DNA of 64,000 bases from Eutreptiella sp. 'Long Island Sound 2002' (Eukaryota; Protista; Euglenida), in contig OZ038378.1 of NCBI GenBank assembly GCA_964036045.1, positions 168,578,001 through 168,642,000 on the forward strand, given 5' to 3'. Both the position numbers and the translations under genes were made by a program. Below the pieces are notes generated by a model, which did no database searches, had not been told where the DNA came from, and saw only the letters and a list, made by a program, of their open reading frames with translations. Position 1 is the stretch's first letter. Each line of letters opens with the position of its first letter. Shown here in pieces: positions 1 to 12,379 of this stretch.

Positions 1-2675
1 CACGCATCAGAATAATATCACGTGGTGCAGTTTGTTCTATTTTATGCTGTTTTACACCCTGTCCTGCTGCATGGAACCCAGCAGGGGCAAAGTACAGGTG
101 GTCAGAATAATACCACGAGCGTGATAATAGAATGGGAAGGGGTTTAGTACTATTGGACAGGGTTACTAGGGTTGCATTCAAAGGGGGCGGGTGTACTCAG
201 GCTGTGATCCAGCCGTTCTCTTTCTTTCCCAATTGCAACCCCCCCCCCTTCCCGCCAGAACCCCACCAACCCCCTGCAATTGCCCTCCTGACAAGGAGGG
301 GGTGAAAGCTTGTGGTGTGAATGCCAACTGGCCCACCAAATCCTTGAAAAGCGTCCTTTTTTGCTTTCAAGTGCAAAGGGGTCATATGGAACGTGGAGGA
401 TGACAACAGACATGCATCAGCAGGGGATGAGCGCAGGGCAGCGTGTCCGTGCTGCGTGAGGCTTGCCCAAAGATGTGGATGTCATTGGATCGCGGTTTTG
501 GGTGCGGCTGAGCCCTTCACCCATACGTTGACGAAGTGGATGTGTATTGTTGAGCCCTTGCCTGCGGTGCCCTCTTGCTGTTCTATTTGTCCCACGGCTC
601 GCTCAGCCATCAGAGGTCGACCCTGTGGCAGCACTGAGTCTTGTGGCTGTGAAGAATCCCTGGATTTTGTGTGGTAAATTTCGCGGACACCCAGAAATGT
701 TGTGGTGTGTGGGCTTTCCAGGCTTGGCGAATTGGTGAAGCCAAGCCACAGGTGCCACTCACAATGCAAGGGAGACCCATCTGCCACACTCTGCCAGTGA
801 TGAGGGTCAAGTGGGTCTCAGGTCCTGACATGTGTTTGAACTTTGACAGTGGGATTTGACTTACACCCCTGGCAAAAGCAACTGCAACTACTCCCTGCAA
901 AGGACCTGAACTGAATGTTATACCTCATTCTCCGGAGCACTTTTACGGACCAAAAACCGTTCCATGAGACAGGGGCTGAATGAACTGGGAGTGCAGACAA
1001 TCCTCATGGCGGTTTAGAGCTGAAACAGTGGTGCACAAGCAAAGAGTGCCCGATAGGGCCCCCCCTCGCGGGGTACCTGTAGCAAAGAGTGTATCAACCC
1101 CCACCGGAGTCCACAGTATCTGCCGCTAGTGTGCGGTAAATTTTGCAAAAGCCCCTGGATTTGCATGGGAAATTTTGCGGCTAATTTGAAACTTGAAGTT
1201 TCCCACACGAACTTGACTAACCTCGAAATCCCCCCCTTGTATGAACATTCCAGAGCGCTTTGAAGGGGGGGGTTGCTGGCAGACCCGGGCAGATGCGTTG
1301 CAGCGACACATGGCAAGGGAGGCAGACAACCAAGCGAGCCTTGGGGATGTAAACCTGACATCCGAACGTCCGGGCCCACACCCTTTTGCCAAAACCCATT
1401 ATGAGGCCCCGTCATAACATAGTTTCAGTGTCAACAGTGAAACCAATTCAGCAAAAGAATTTGTTGTACGGCATCGTGGTCTATGAAGACACCTCTGTCC
1501 ACCACTAGAGATTGTCATGCGTCACTTGTGCGGGGTGCTACATTTTGACACTGAGAGTTTGCAGCAAACACAGCAGACTTTCACTGTCAACATTGAAGCT
1601 CTTCGTACATGGAGGTTTGTGCAGGTGTGTGGCATATTGAGGGCCTGCCATGCGGCCAATAGGAGTTTAGGATGGCTAGTAGCACTGACTGGTCTTGTCT
1701 ACCCTATGCTCCAGGAAATTGGTGGAATCACCACATGGTCACTAGAAAGGCACCAAACGTGATCAAAAACTACTTCTTTGGTGACATTTTGTAACCACCT
1801 GGTGGCCTATTGCACCACCACATGGTCACCCACTTGAGAAGGTGACAACCCCTTCCGTCTTCAGCCGTCTTCAGGTGAGGGCACGTTGGGAATTGATCCA
1901 GCATCCCCCTAGCTAAAGATAGGAGTAGGAACCACTAGACCAAAGCATTCCTGTACTCCAATTGCGGTTCCAAATTTCAGTGTTTCACGTCCACTATCTC
2001 ACGCCAATTTATACCAAAGGGTTGCTGCACCTATATGTCTATGTATATCCTCGTATGTGGTGTGTGTTTGAGACGGAGCACTGTGTTTCAATGATGACAG
2101 TGCAACTCTTGGCCATTGAGTTCTCTTGTTGCCCGTTTTTGCACCTATTCCAACTACACAGAGGCAACAATGCCCCACGTTGATGCCCGACACTTAGTCT
2201 AAGGGACTAGTACTCAGGGTTCCACCACCTGCTTGACCGTGCCGAAGCATATCAGGATGGGGATGCATTGGTAGACTGTGCGTTGGGGGGGGGGGGGGGT
2301 ACAGCCTTGCCGTTGGTGGAGATGGTGTTGGTGCTGGAACTGTGCGTGAACCCACGATTAAAACAAACAATTGGAGAATTGAAGAAGGATTGGCACCCCT
2401 CGAATACGTTCCTTCGCAACTGGCACTCAATGCTACATGGATGGTGCCCACAAAAAGTACTAGGCCGCTTCCCCGCAACTCGCTCTGTTGCTCCTGCATG
2501 AGTGTTGTCATGACCCTAGTGCCGGACATGGTCTCAGAAACGCTGTTGTTGTGCAGCGAGGGGGGAAAGGTTGCCGAGGATAGCGAAGGCAAGATTGGAC
2601 ATGGTTGCGGTACAAAAAAAGCCATAGAAAAGTTGTGTGTTAGCGAACGCGGTGCCGAGTTTCAAAAATTGGGTG

Positions 2676-2676
<1 letters not shown>

Positions 2677-2772
<96 letters not shown>
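2677..2772. repeat. (CA)n microsatellite
   Basis: Uninterrupted CA run of ~96 nt. Confidence 0.99.
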
Positions 2773-2773
<1 letters not shown>

Positions 2774-5427
2774 CATGGACCATGGGTTTTGCCAATACGA
2801 ACATACAACGGAATAGCTTGAATAAGGCAGTAAAGCAGGTACAATCACGTGACGTTGGTAGACCAATTTTTGCACGAGTTGGTAAAGCAATAATCCAAAT
2901 GGACACTGAGACATCTCAAGATCCTGCGCCATTGTAGCCGTCCTCACAAAGTAATCGTGGCGACTGTTGTTTACTAGGTTGCTTTTTGTCGAGAAGCTAG
3001 CGTTCCGTGTGAAGGATGTGACGAACCACACGAAGGAAACCATGGATCCGGTGAAGGACCTGGGTTGGAATCGGCTACCGCTTGGGGTGCTTTGGCGTCC
3101 ATTGGATATCCGACTTGGGAACCCAAGGACTTCGTCATGGCAGCCCTATCATGGGGGTGCAAAGTTACCGCGGAAATGGTAACTTACTCACGGACCCAAA
3201 ATGCCGTTTTGGCGAAACAATCTCTCAAGAGTGTGCACAGAAAACAACTATTAAATACACTTAACAAAATGGGTTCCATAGCACCCATACCATCTTTTTC
3301 TACTGCTGGCAGTAGAACGTGGGGTGAGTCAACCACCCTGTCGGACTCCGTCAAAGATGTGTTCACAAGGGGGTTCAAGGTGGGGGTATTCTCCATATGG
3401 TTACCTACAGGCACAGGGGTACACGTACTTTAAAACGGTGTTGCACACCCATTGTAAGCCCATTACAGAAGGGAACCTTGCGCTCTGGGGGGTGAAAAAG
3501 CCGGTACCTATTCGGAGTACCTCTATCTTTCCATCCCTCCAGCTTGTGGTACACTGTACACCGGTTTGCTTGTTACCATCCAGGGCAAAACGGTGACGCC
3601 CATTTTCCAATTTGTGGCCCGGCAGGCCTTCTCGCCGTTTCAGTGTGCCTTTTTACCGCTAGCCTTAGAACTATTCCACTACGACACATCGTAGTCAATA
3701 CATGACCTAGGACCGTAGACTATGGGCCTACCCCTAGTGTGCCCCGTACCAATAGGGTGAGTGCCCCTTTAGTGGGGGACTATGTGGTGGTGCGGTATGA
3801 ATCCGAAGAGTCCAGCAGGATGTCTGCTGTTGTGAACAGTGATTGCTCAGATGGTGTTCACAATGGGATGGTAATTGACTAGGCCCCATGGTTTTGCTGC
3901 CAGCAGTAAAAGTCCATGGTTGTGCTCATCAACACCCATGGTAATTCATTGTATGCATACACGGTGTTGTTGTAATTTACTGTTATGTTTGTTGTGTGAT
4001 GCAAGGTGGATGCGTGATGCAATGTGAAGAAACACCGTCTGTACAGTGCCAAAATTGCCCATAACATAGGCCATTTGGGTCTATTTTTCCGATTTCCTGC
4101 ACAAGTATTCTCGGTACCATTCATTGCTAAAAAATGATTTCCTGATGATGGCTGTGCTCCCGGGGGTGCACATGATAATGGGCCACAGGCAGAAGTAACC
4201 CCCATCAGAGGCTGCCCCCGGTCCAACGGGTCCGTTGCCGGATTCTGTGGGGGACCTGACAACGGTGTTCTACTGTTGGCAGTAACCCCCCCCCCCCCCC
4301 GAGGATACCGATTGCTAGTTGTGACTACAATGGGGTTGTGCCCTAGGTGTGGGGTGAATTGCTGTTCTACTCCCGTTCATGATGAGTTTTGTATTCTGAG
4401 TCACATTCACACCTGTGTTCTACTGTTGGCAGTAAAAGAGCGTGTGTGTGTGTCCATACCATGTGTGTCACCCTGTTTGCAGCATCCGTGCACACACACT
4501 ATCCACCATGATCCACACCTGCTTGGCTCGCGTGACACTATGCACTTGTTGTGCTGATCACTTCTACTGTTGGCAGTAGTACTGTTCTTCTTGTTTGCTT
4601 CAGCATATGGGGTGCACTTATGAGGGTTGAATCGCTCTCACTATAGAGCAATCTTGCACACCGTTGCGAATACATTGTATTTTTTCTTGGGTTTCGGCTT
4701 TGATACATTCATTTTTTCAACCTAGTCAGGACCTCCACAGGTTTGTGTTGAACAGATTACAGGTCACAGCTTTCTCTTGCGCAAGTTCTACTGCTGACGG
4801 TAAAAAAACATTGCAATATGTTAACACAATACTATGAACCTTGCAGCGTTGTTCTATTTTTGGTGGGATACACGGTTTTTGCCTGTGTGTCTTCCACTGC
4901 TTCCGTTTATGTCAACATGCTGGGTTGTGTGCCTCTGCCTTGGAACAATACCTCTTTAGCCTACCATTTCATTCCACATTCCTATTTTCCACCGTCTATA
5001 GACGTGTTTTGCTGCTAGGAGTAAAACGAGTACACGGGGGTGTGTGGTTTTAGAAGGGATGTTGTGAAGCATAAAATCCAATTTTGGGTCTGTGCACACT
5101 CGTGAGATTTTGTTACAAAAAAAAGGGGGGTGTTCGTGGTGCCCCCAAACCACCTTTTAGTAAGTTACCCGAAAAAGGGTAAATTTGCACCCCCAAGCCT
5201 ATGGGTTGTGGGACAACAAAGTCACCAAGACGTTTGGGCTTGGCAACATACTGGTCCGACTATTACAAGATAATATTAGGAATTAGAACCCAGTTAAGGA
5301 ACTGTTGTGTGATATGAATATATGGTGGAGGATAGCAAAGGGTGCATACAATAGCATGCCGCAACCCCTGTAGGTGATTCACTTTGCGCCGTGCGCCCTG
5401 TGTATGGGATCATGCATGCGTACAAGG

Positions 5428-5593
5428 CGTGTGTTACAACATTGTACAAGGCTTACTCCTTCTTTTTGTGTGCCTTGAGTACGATTGCTTCCTCATGGAT
5501 CCTACTTGTACATGTACACGGGTGTATCAGTACCCCCATCTCATCGTGCTTGAGAGACTGATTCTCTCCTGCTACCTTGCATATCAAGCACTC
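5428..5593 (-). pseudogene. Degenerate RINGv (C4HC3)-like zinc-finger fragment
   Basis: Minus frame reads ECLICK...GVLIHPCTCTSRIHEEAIV, which resembles the CxxC...PCxC...H-x2-C RINGv pattern. The final Cys pair (QCCNT) is only in a shifted frame, and a stop codon is present. Confidence 0.3.
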
Positions 5594-7529
5594 CAGCAAC
5601 AATTGGGCTTCCAGAGTTTGACCGTTGATTGTAAATCCCCTAGTGGAAGGAATGGTGGGGGGCACTTAAGGAATTGTTGTAGCACCGTGTACCTATTGTT
5701 TTACAATTTGGTATCATGGCGCATGATTGCTCATCGAGGCATTGTTCATCGGGTACTGGTGTTGTTGCACGCAAGGTGTTAGAAAGCAGTTTATTTCCGT
5801 TGTGTAAAATCAAGCCAACCCGCATTGATGGACAGGGCACGGCCCTTGGGACACAGCTTTGGGTGATGTCCCCGGTTCCTCTTTCACTCATGTAGGGCAA
5901 CCTTGGGTAGCTAGAGGCACACAAATGAAAACATGAAATAACAATTGCAGTGAAGTGGCCATGCGCAATGTCGGCAAGAAATCTAGGATTTTTTCGGGGT
6001 TACCATGACCATGTGGGCGTTGTGTAAATTCAAGATGATGAATATATCGGAACCATTTGCCATTTCACGGCAGCGTGCAAAGGACGCCACCATCAAAAGC
6101 CATAGTTCAAAATGGCACAAAACGAATTGGAGTGCATACTAGTTGTCCATCTCCTCTCATCCACAGGCAAGTGCTATAATGTCAGCCGAACCCGCGATAG
6201 CCTCTAGCGTCCAGGTATAGCACCCAACACCAGGGACACATGCGGAATTACAAGAACCAGTCCCACATCCACTACCATAAGCGGAACACGAAGGAGAAAG
6301 AGACGAAGGAGTGGCTAGTCAAGCCGGATCGGGCACAAGCGGCCAGCCCGGAGGAGACAAGGAGGGTGATCGGGGGCTGGTTGCTTGTACCTAATTATTT
6401 TGTCAAAACAAAACGGTGGTCAAATTTGTCATACGCTGTTACAGATACGTAAAAAAGAGTGTGTAGACTTTAATGCAGGAGACTATATTTGGACTCATAA
6501 AGGCAAGAGCCATCCCCAAAGGCAGGGCCGAACCGAAACTTGTTTGGCCAAATGTTGGTCCCTGTTACACAAAATGCCCTTGGGTTGTCCTCTAGTTCGC
6601 TAGTCCGGATATCTATAAGGGGTGCAGTGCCGGATGTTAAACAGTGTATTAGATTTTGCAACCTACCTTCCACTATGTTGATGCAAGCCTACATTATATA
6701 CATGTGCCGCAAGGCAAAAGGATAGTTAGAAATAGCAACTAGTACCGCACTAATGTGGTGGCACTGAGAAAATGTTCACATGCTTGTGCAAGACGTGAAA
6801 GCATCGGCTCTCCTTTCTCCTCTACATGTGCAATGCCAAGCACTGCATTAGAAAGGAACTCCATATCTTGGACCCCCTCCATGCTAGTACCAGTGGCCGT
6901 CTCAAGGGTTGCTCCTTTGAATTGTTGTGTAGCACTTGCACTTCAATTGTTGTGGCACCAAACCCACGAAGCCCACGTCCCTCTCACCCATGGCTCACTC
7001 ATTCTCATGCTATAGTTGTAATTTGATCGTTGTGTCTCAACCCCCCCCCCCTTGTTCCCCAACATATTCTACTGCGTTGCTTCCTCCGCATGCCACATAT
7101 GTTCCAGGGTCATGACCAATCAAGAGACACGATTGCACAAACAGTGGACAATCAATGAGCCATCTCAATCCACACTTTTGCACAGTGTGCTCGTCGTATA
7201 GCTACTTGCAGCACTACAATTATGTTGAGATTGCAACTGTGATTCATTGTCAACAATGAAAAATTTCTCGTAACACACAGTGCTTTGCTTGTTGATCTCC
7301 TCTTATGTATATGAACGCCGGCTAATGTGTGTTCTTTCATTGGATTGAGTTCATGTTTCACTATCAACAGTGAAAGTCTATCTCTCTCTATCCTTGGCAA
7401 ATGCACATTGGCGCAGCCAAGCACTAGCCAATAATCCACAGCAGGCTGTAACTGTCGATTGTTGGGCAACACGTTCGTCAAACATATAATACAACCTATT
7501 CAAAAATAACAGGCAAGGGATGTGTCACT

Positions 7530-7760
7530 GGAGTATGATGGAGTCATGGTCACATTCAAAGTCAACATAGCACAATTCCGGGTCATCCTCCTCGTCTAGA
7601 GGGCCCTCGTCGTTGTCAACCCCACTATCAGACTAGGACCCATCCCCGTCACCCGCAGCACCTTCTCTCCTCCGTTTCCGTTCTACTTTTTCCCAATTGG
7701 GACACCCAATGCTATGGCGTTAGGTGGTAGCATGCTGCAGAGATGTGCAACCCGGATACT
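7530..7760 (-). pseudogene. Relic exon: Cys/His motif, basic patch and acidic tract
   Basis: Follows a pyrimidine tract + AG on the minus strand. Reads YPGCTSLQHATT*RHSIGCPNWEKVERKRRREG...DNDEGPLDEEDDPELCYVDFECDHD with in-frame stops. No family assigned. Confidence 0.25.
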
Positions 7761-9095
7761 GCTAAAAAAAGGGGGTGTAGTTGTAAAGAGGTGGAGGAGG
7801 AGGAGGAGGACAACAACGAACCTCCTCCCGCCAAGCAGATAGGTTGTGCGCGATGGAGGCTAGAGACGTGGAGGCTGAGAAGGTCCGCAAAGGTATCATC
7901 GCCAAAAAATACATGCACACCCCCAAGCTCATCTGGGACAAGAATCTGCAGCACGGCCAATCTTGCCTCCACATCAAAACCCCATTTGTGTACCTAAACA
8001 ATTTTGCAACCCTTCTTATGATTGGTGCGCAGTGTGTGTGTCTGCCCCAGTCATCGGTACCAGTAGAACTTTCAACGTTAACAGTGAAACCCCGCCCCAC
8101 TCCCCTTGTCTGTCAAGATTTGACAAATATTTGCTTCTCTGGAACAGTGCGGGGGTGTTCACCATCTTGGTGTATTGATGGTGCCCTTGTGTTGTGTTGC
8201 CTACTACCCATGCCTTTAGTTTTCTTCAAGGGTAAGCTGTGGTCTGCAGACCATGGGCACCAGTTGATGGTACGACTGGAGTGCTTAGGGTGGTAGAAAG
8301 TGTAAGAGTCCCATCAACCATGTTGGACATGACCGAGGTTGTGTTTCACTGTTGACAGTGAAACAATATGAAATGAGCATCTCAGAATGGGTTTTTCAGA
8401 AAGTCAAAACATACCTCGTTTTCACTGTTGGCCTCGGAGGCCAACAGTGAAAGTTTTTGCCTATTTTCTGTGGCCGCTTCGACCCGGGCTGTCAGGTTTA
8501 CATACCCAAGCGAGCAGGGAAGATGCCTGAGAGCGGTAGCTCGCCGAGTTGCACGCACCTGCAGCAAATGTACCTGGATGCCCGCAAGCTGGACTGCTGC
8601 AGGCTAGCAGCGTGAAGGGCATTGTACAGGCTTCTTTGATGAGGTCCATTGTTTAAACTCCTGAAACGAGAGAGCAGGGGCGTGCAACGGCCTTTTGCTG
8701 TTTGCATGAAACCAGATCATTGAGGAGCATCTGTGTATTCCGGTTTTGGTTTTCAGTACCCACCCGAATGCGACAGTTTTGGGCCCCAGCCTCCCATTTT
8801 CACCCTCGCCTCCCCACCTGCCCTTGGCGCCGGAGAATCGAAAAACACAGCGCGCTCCTGTTTGTTGGGTTGGGGATTCAGGCTTTCCTCATCAGTGGCC
8901 TCGCCACCAGGCCGTTACCCCCCCGCCCTTCCCCCCCTCCACCTTCTGCTCTTAGCCTTGGAGCCCAAAGGGGATTTGTGTTGTGGATATTGCGTGCAGT
9001 GAAGAGAGTTCTCCTGCGCAAACATGCCCTTTTGCTGGGGTCCATCCGCAGTGCGGCATCTCTGGGTTTTGTGTATGCTCCAACTCTTTCTGCAG

Positions 9096-9266
9096 GCGCT
9101 GCAACTCTTGGCGTTGCTGAAGGCCGCCTCTCTATCACTGTATCTGTGCCAACAGGCATGGGCTCCGGCACAACCGGGGCTTCCCGAGTCGTATGTCTCT
9201 GACTCCTCGTTTCTTATCAAAGGGGTTTTCAAGTCTATTCGTGGGTATCTGATGAGTTCAACGGAG
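9096..9266 (+). CDS. Bestrophin-like (UPF0187/YneE-type) channel, internal exon
   Basis: ttttctgcag acceptor, ALQLLALLKAASLSLYLCQQAW...IRGYLMSSTE, then GAG|gt donor. Joins in frame to 10180. Upstream exon not found. Confidence 0.65.
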
Positions 9267-10179
9267 GTGTTCCTGACCTCCCATCGCCTTATTTCAGCCC
9301 TGTCCATCGCTGTTGTCCAATGATTTTGTTGGTGGGCACAATTCTTCAGTTTTTGCTGGGTTTTCTTTAGTTTCTTCTTGCCTCGTCAAGGCGCCCAGAG
9401 CGTACTGAGGTCACGAAGGACTGGAGGACGTGTTTTTAAAGAAAGGATTGGCCAGGCTGCCAGTTGATTCCAAGGGATAGCTGGTTGGCTTGACAAACGG
9501 TCCGGCTAGTTTTTGTCATGACTGATGAGGCCCTTTGCGCACCTCCCGAACACCCCCCCCCCTCCTCGCCTCACTTCTTTGGGAGACCCCTGAACCAATG
9601 ACACATTGAACAGAGACTGCGGGTCTCCGCCAAAAGTGTACGGGAGGCCGGCCATCGACTGCCCAACCGATATCAAGTTCGGTTCTGGGGGGATTCCAAA
9701 AGGCCAGAAGGTGAGCTACACCATTTTCGTGCGGGGCCCGTTGCATCACGAAGCAACCAATGTCACCGCCGGTGGGTCCCAGGCCATTTGGTGTCGGTTG
9801 TAAAGATCTTTACCTTTGGCTTTGGCCGCAGCGGGACCGGCAAGGGGGTGGGTCGTAAGCCATTGCTGCCGCTGCAGTGCGGGTTCGGGCACTGCAAGCC
9901 TGCAAGCATCGTGGCATTCCGCCCCTTCCGCCCATTCCGCCAGCAGCCCCCTGACCGCCAAGTTGCATGAACCCCACCTGACCTCCTCCCGCCCGACATT
10001 CCAGGGGTGTTAGGGGGCCGGGGGGGGGGGGGGGGGGAAGGGGGGGCGGTGTGCCCCCCAAGGGGTCTGTGAGCGGGAAGCAAGGATTGGATGTCGTGCA
10101 GAGGGGCGGGGATTGCCCGCCACCGCCGAAGTCCAGGGGGCCCTGCCTCCAGACCACGCTCCCCCACGCACCCTCACAG

Positions 10180-10524
10180 AGCGACAAGCAGATGATCCTC
10201 ATCAATTGCTACCGGCAGTTTGCAGACATTGTCATGCAGGTGGACCTGCTCCGCATGTGTGATTTTCCAGCCCCGCTGCTCACGCGCCCATCCCAGTGCG
10301 TGAACGAGATGGTCAGCTGCTTCGAGCAGCTGCGCATGTTCAGCGACTACCGCACGCCCGCGAGCATTCGCAGTTTCTGCAGGCTGACCACAGTCATGGC
10401 AGCGCTGTTCACCGGCCCGTACTTCGCTCACATTATGGACAGCCCCGACATCGCCGCCGCGCAGTACGGAATGTTTTTGTTGATTTCGTTCTTCTGGTTG
10501 GTGGGATGTATGGCAAACATTCAG
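10180..10524 (+). CDS. Bestrophin-like channel, exon
   Basis: cacag acceptor, ...FEQLRMFSDYRTPASIRSFCRLTTVMAALFTGPYF...FLLISFFWLVGCMANIQ, then CAG|gt donor. YRTP motif followed by two hydrophobic helices. Confidence 0.8.
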
Positions 10525-11581
10525 GTCTGTTGCGTGCTGCCCGATGAGTCGGGGTCCGATGATGGACAAATTCTGGTCCGGTGAGTGTCACTATGCTGCC
10601 TCAAGGAGTGGCCTCTATGGGTGGAAGTCAGTGTGTTCTCCCTGCAAATCGCATTACTTCACGCGCTCCAACACGACCCTGGGGCGGGGTAATGGAGACG
10701 ATATAGTTTGGATGTAGATGTGAATGTAGATATAGATCTGCTTTAGATGCAGAGATGGAGACAATTGTTTTTGGACGTACACTTCGATATAAAGTGAGAA
10801 CGTATTCAAGTTTAGACATACTGTGCATTTGTTTCGGTCAGAGAGCCTTGTCCCATCGTCATCAAACGGCGCGGTCCACAGGCTTGTCCAACGACAACAT
10901 CCTGTAGGACCACGTTTTTGGGTTTCGGCCAAGCATTTTGCCCACCGCCAGACCCAGAGGGTTCCCGCTGTGTATCATGCCTCCAGATGAAGGGATGTGG
11001 CAAAGAACAGGGGCGCACCCAAGCTCCTCCCAATTATTTGCTGAAGGCCGGGGGTGTTCAGCATTGGCTTGAGCCAGTCCGGCGCGCCGCGGCGGCGCGG
11101 ATTGCGCCGGAATCCATGAGCGGCGGGTCGGGCTGCGCCGTGCGTGCGCGCGTGTGTGTGCTTGTATGGTGGGTGTGCTGAGTGCGGGCGCAGGTTAGAT
11201 CGGCGTTCAGCTGGTCTCCCTGCTGAACGTGAGCCCTTGTTTGTGGGGACATAAGGGCATTGCACCGCGCTGAGATGATAAGGGGTTGTACAAGAGATTT
11301 GGTGCACAGTAACAGACAAAAGAGCAATCACAACACTGCGTGATTCCGATGTGGAACGGACGGAGGCTGGGGACGCGTGTGTGGCAATGCTACGCACACG
11401 AGATACGGTTGAAGTACAGGAGGCGCATCTACCGGTTTTTGTACCTGGACGTGCCTTATACTTGAGGATTATTTTTTGTGCATGTCAGCTCTCATGTGCC
11501 AATTGAGCGTTAAGAGCGTTGTACCTGTTGAATCTGGCTTGTGTGCCAGCCCTGCTTTTGTCTGCGCCTCTGTTGCTGCAG

Positions 11582-11803
11582 GAGCTGTTGGAAAATCCCT
11601 ACGTCAGCTACGGTCGCCACAGCGCCGAGGATGACATCAACCTCGACGACTTGCGAGCCATATCAATTGTGAAGAACTCGAAAATGAGGGGGCAAAAGCG
11701 GGCGTCTCGGACCTCTTTTGCGTTTCCGGCCCCCTCATCCCCTGCAATTGATGCCTCAGCTGCTGCCTCAGCTACTGTTTCCACCTACCGCCTTCCGGCG
11801 TGA
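11582..11803 (+). CDS. Bestrophin-like channel, last exon
   Basis: ctgcag acceptor, ELLENPY...EDDINLDDL (the ENPF...DDL.LD motif of this family), stop TGA at 11801-11803. Confidence 0.8.
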   Translation, partial: ELLENPYVSYGRHSAEDDINLDDLRAISIVKNSKMRGQKRASRTSFAFPAPSSPAIDASAAASATVSTYRLPA

Positions 11804-12245
11804 TCGAACCATAACCAATTTCAAGGATAGCCTTCCCCCCCATGTGAAAACATACGTTAATTCCTGTCCAACTGACACCGGCTGACCGATGGAGGTCATC
11901 GGCCACCAGCTCGTTGGTCGCCGGCCTATCTTTGTCGCTTTCATTTGTGACGACCGGCATCTGGGTTAGAAGCTTCCACTCCCCCTCCGCTTGGAGCAAT
12001 TTGGCTTCCCCATTTCCCGTGTGCTCTGAGCCTTGCAGGTCTACCCCCTCTGCTCAGAGCCTTGTAACCTACCGCCCCCCTACTTGGAGCCAAAATGAGT
12101 GATCAAAGAAATGGATATTTGCATCTAGTGCCGAGGGAATTGACATCCAAATGAATGCAGCACAAACGCTTACTCAGCCTTCCACAAGACAAGGCACACG
12201 CCAATGGGACCTGCGCCTTCACTCAGGTTGCCATCGGCATCAGCA

Positions 12246-12246
<1 letters not shown>

Positions 12247-12290
<44 letters not shown>
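12247..12290. repeat. (CA)n microsatellite
   Basis: Direct reading. Confidence 0.98.
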
Positions 12291-12293
<3 letters not shown>

Positions 12294-12379
12294 GCAGAGG
12301 TATCAGGTACCCCATCACACAGAGGTATCAGCATCTTGAACCGAATGGGACAGCTCTCCTATCGCCGCACGTGGATCTC

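Larger units (their letters stand above)
1289..8562. mobile_element. Putative ~7.3-kb element bounded by degenerate inverted repeats and carrying dispersed palindromes
   Basis: 1340-1360 (cttggggatgtaaacctgaca) is the reverse complement of 8490-8510 at 20/21. 1289-1304 roughly matches the reverse complement of 8548-8562 at similar spacing. TTTCACTGTYRACAGTGAAA palindromes lie inside both ends. No intact transposase and no TSD found. Confidence 0.4.

Noticed and set aside
3600-4260. Long interrupted minus frame containing PHHHIV (HUH-like)
   Set aside because: A single motif with multiple stops, and no other Rep or helicase motifs.
5700-5950. PiggyBac-like (CLDEQ) or other transposase-like (LILHNGNK) words on the minus strand
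   Set aside because: Isolated short matches without the remaining catalytic motifs or TTAA ends.
1422-8452. Resemblance of ACAGTG half-sites to RAG/Transib heptamers
   Set aside because: No full CACAGTG with a 12/23-spaced nonamer, not terminal, and no RAG1/Transib core found.
9788-9970. Extra bestrophin exon (IFTFGFGRSGTGKG)
   Set aside because: The flanking exons already join in frame and give a sensible protein without it.
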